Shown here: positions 17,902-18,576 of the stretch, piece by piece
Position numbering within the stretch: the first letter of the stretch is position 1
Layout of the letters: each line of letters begins with the position of its first letter
Assembly: GCA_031256725.1 (NCBI GenBank)
Contig: JAIRQE010000001.1
Span: 1 to 18,576, forward strand
Direction: 5' to 3'
Length of the DNA stretch: 18,576 nt
DNA from: Propionibacteriaceae bacterium
Lineage (GTDB): Bacteria; Actinomycetota; Actinomycetes; Propionibacteriales; Propionibacteriaceae
The notes under the pieces: generated by a model
Databases searched by the model: none
What the model saw: only the letters and a program-made list of their open reading frames with translations
What the model was told of the DNA's origin: nothing
Position numbers and translations under genes: made by a program

Positions 17902-18576
17902 ATGGCCAAAGAACTCGACATCCCCATAACCATCATTACATGTAATGCAATGATAGCCCGTAAAGACATGTTCCCATGGTGTCCATGCGTTACCAATAAA
18001 CCATGCATAGCAACGACACCAACGAACGAATATAAGTCCATCATTCATGGCTATGCCACGATAGCAAACAACACCATGAATCCATACAACCCATCCATTA
18101 CCAGCAAGGGATTCTTTCCATCCAAGACCATGAACACTGGTGTTGCAAGCGTTACCAACATTCCAAGCAACCCAATCCTCACAAGGAATGCCCGCTCTAC
18201 ATGCACTACTGTGCATCCATGCATCACAATGATGCCCAGCAACCCATACAATCCCTGCATTCACATCTTCACAAGGAAAACACTCAACCCAAGCAAGACA
18301 TCTAAGCCAACGTTCACATGCAATACATTCTTAGCCCGCATGACAATGAAAACTGGCTTGACATGTCAAACAAGTCTTCCCACGGATACATGTGCTGGTA
18401 TTAGCAACCGTCGGCCCCTGCGGGGTTACAGAAAGCTTCTATTTCGGTTCTCCAGGGACTCCATTATCCCGCCCACTCCTTCCACGCAACCACACTACGT
18501 GTGGTCCTCTAGTGAAAAACTTTTCCACTCCACGGTCGATGCCGTGTCGCCGCAAGCGAAACTTTTTCACCAACGG
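17902..18576 (+). CDS. Hypothetical Thr/Asn/Pro/Cys/Ile-rich repeat protein, first 225 codons; open to the right window edge. Coding status uncertain.
   Basis: I checked ATG 17902 to 18576 codon by codon and found no stop, while both other + frames have stops. It is not in the track because it has no stop in the window. It contains in-frame degenerate 54-codon repeats (VTNxP, NPYNPxI). Third-position usage (C/A/T-ending, G-poor) resembles the adjacent integrase. Against: no SD, very unusual composition, and an exact antisense frame that is also nearly open. Confidence 0.35.
   Translation, partial: MAKELDIPITIITCNAMIARKDMFPWCPCVTNKPCIATTPTNEYKSIIHGYATIANNTMNPYNPSITSKGFFPSKTMNTGVASVTNIPSNPILTRNARSTCTTVHPCITMMPSNPYNPCIHIFTRKTLNPSKTSKPTFTCNTFLARMTMKTGLTCQTSLPTDTCAGISNRRPLRGYRKLLFRFSRDSIIPPTPSTQPHYVWSSSEKLFHSTVDAVSPQAKLFHQR
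17934..17947. repeat. Perfect 14-bp palindrome CATTACATGTAATG
   Basis: Read directly from the sequence; it is its own reverse complement. Core ACATGT. Confidence 0.9.
17959..18444 (+). repeat. Degenerate tandem repeat, period 162 nt (54 codons), about 3 units
   Basis: Exact 10-mer GCGTTACCAA at 17987-17996 and 18149-18158 (offset 162). CCATACAA at 18082-18089 and 18244-18251 (offset 162). AAGAC(C)ATG and TGGTGT also recur at about the same offset. TCACAAGGAA (18179-18188) matches TGACAATGAA (18341-18350) at 8/10 with offset 162. Separately, TCACAAGGAA recurs at 18269-18278 (offset 90). Confidence 0.55.
18358..18369. repeat. Perfect 12-bp palindrome TTGACATGTCAA
   Basis: Read directly from the sequence; it is its own reverse complement. 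It has the same ACATGT core as the 17934-17947 palindrome. Confidence 0.9.

Larger units (their letters stand above)
16842..18576. mobile_element. End of a tRNA-targeting integrative element / genomic island (att fragment, recombinase, cargo); it extends beyond the right window edge
   Basis: A tRNA 3' fragment is flanked on its 5' side by AT-rich DNA and then a tyrosine recombinase. GC drops and tetranucleotide usage changes. By hand count, GTAC occurs about once per 90 nt in 1-1800 but only 3 times in 16879-18576. Confidence 0.6.

Noticed and set aside
17788-18264. 158-aa minus-strand Trp/Gly/Cys/His-rich ORF taken at face value as a gene
   Set aside because: I did not accept it as a feature. 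It starts at a GTG with no SD, is bounded upstream by a TAA after only 22 more codons, and overlaps the int 3' end by 108 nt. It is discussed as the antisense alternative in the main finding rather than dismissed entirely.
17900-18400. Diversity-generating retroelement idea (A-rich template, FGE/C-type-lectin-like GNxW motifs in the antisense translation)
   Set aside because: There is no reverse transcriptase in the window. There is no template/variable repeat pair differing only at adenines. The GNxW strings do not match the GNVWEW / RGGSW context of that fold.
16842-18576. Integron or CRISPR-type array next to the recombinase
   Set aside because: The unusual block lies 3' of int rather than divergent from it, and there are no attC-like imperfect inverted repeats. 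I found no regularly spaced identical direct repeats with unique spacers anywhere in the window.

Overview
The window looks like chromosomal DNA of roughly 55% GC. It is probably actinobacterial; that is an inference from a fused biotin carboxylase-BCCP carboxylase subunit, a pyruvate phosphate dikinase (PPDK), and frequent GGT-ACC/GTA-C codon pairs. Left to right:
1. Positions 1-3293 (-) hold the first ~1097 codons of a giant surface-adhesin gene. It runs off the left edge, so it is absent from the supplied ORF track.
2. A 0.6 kb leader precedes accA-type acyl-CoA carboxylase alpha, which is followed by a terminator.
3. On the minus strand, a MacB/FtsX-type ABC permease is translationally coupled to its ATPase. 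One or two small ORFs follow.
4. A stand-alone GNAT acetyltransferase.
5. ppdK.
6. Divergent from ppdK, a ~970 aa FAD/Fe-S (D-lactate dehydrogenase/YdiJ-like) oxidase, followed by a CynX-like MFS transporter.
7. A short zone with an orphan XRE helix-turn-helix (HTH) ORF.
8. A 3'-terminal tRNA gene fragment with no 5' half (16842-16878, -). It is followed by AT-rich DNA and a tyrosine recombinase, which I read as the junction of a tRNA-targeting integrative element that runs off the right edge.
9. The most unusual stretch lies directly 3' of the recombinase. It is a ~0.5 kb block with twice as much C as G and many CATG/ACATGT sites. It contains a degenerate in-frame 162-nt tandem repeat and two perfect 12-14 bp palindromes, and it stays open in three frames across both strands. 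One of these is a 225-codon + strand frame that reaches the window edge and is also missing from the track.

I do not recognise a family for either translation of that block. I found no CRISPR array, rRNA, intact tRNA, reverse transcriptase or known defence gene. All sequence counts were made by hand, and no database search was possible.
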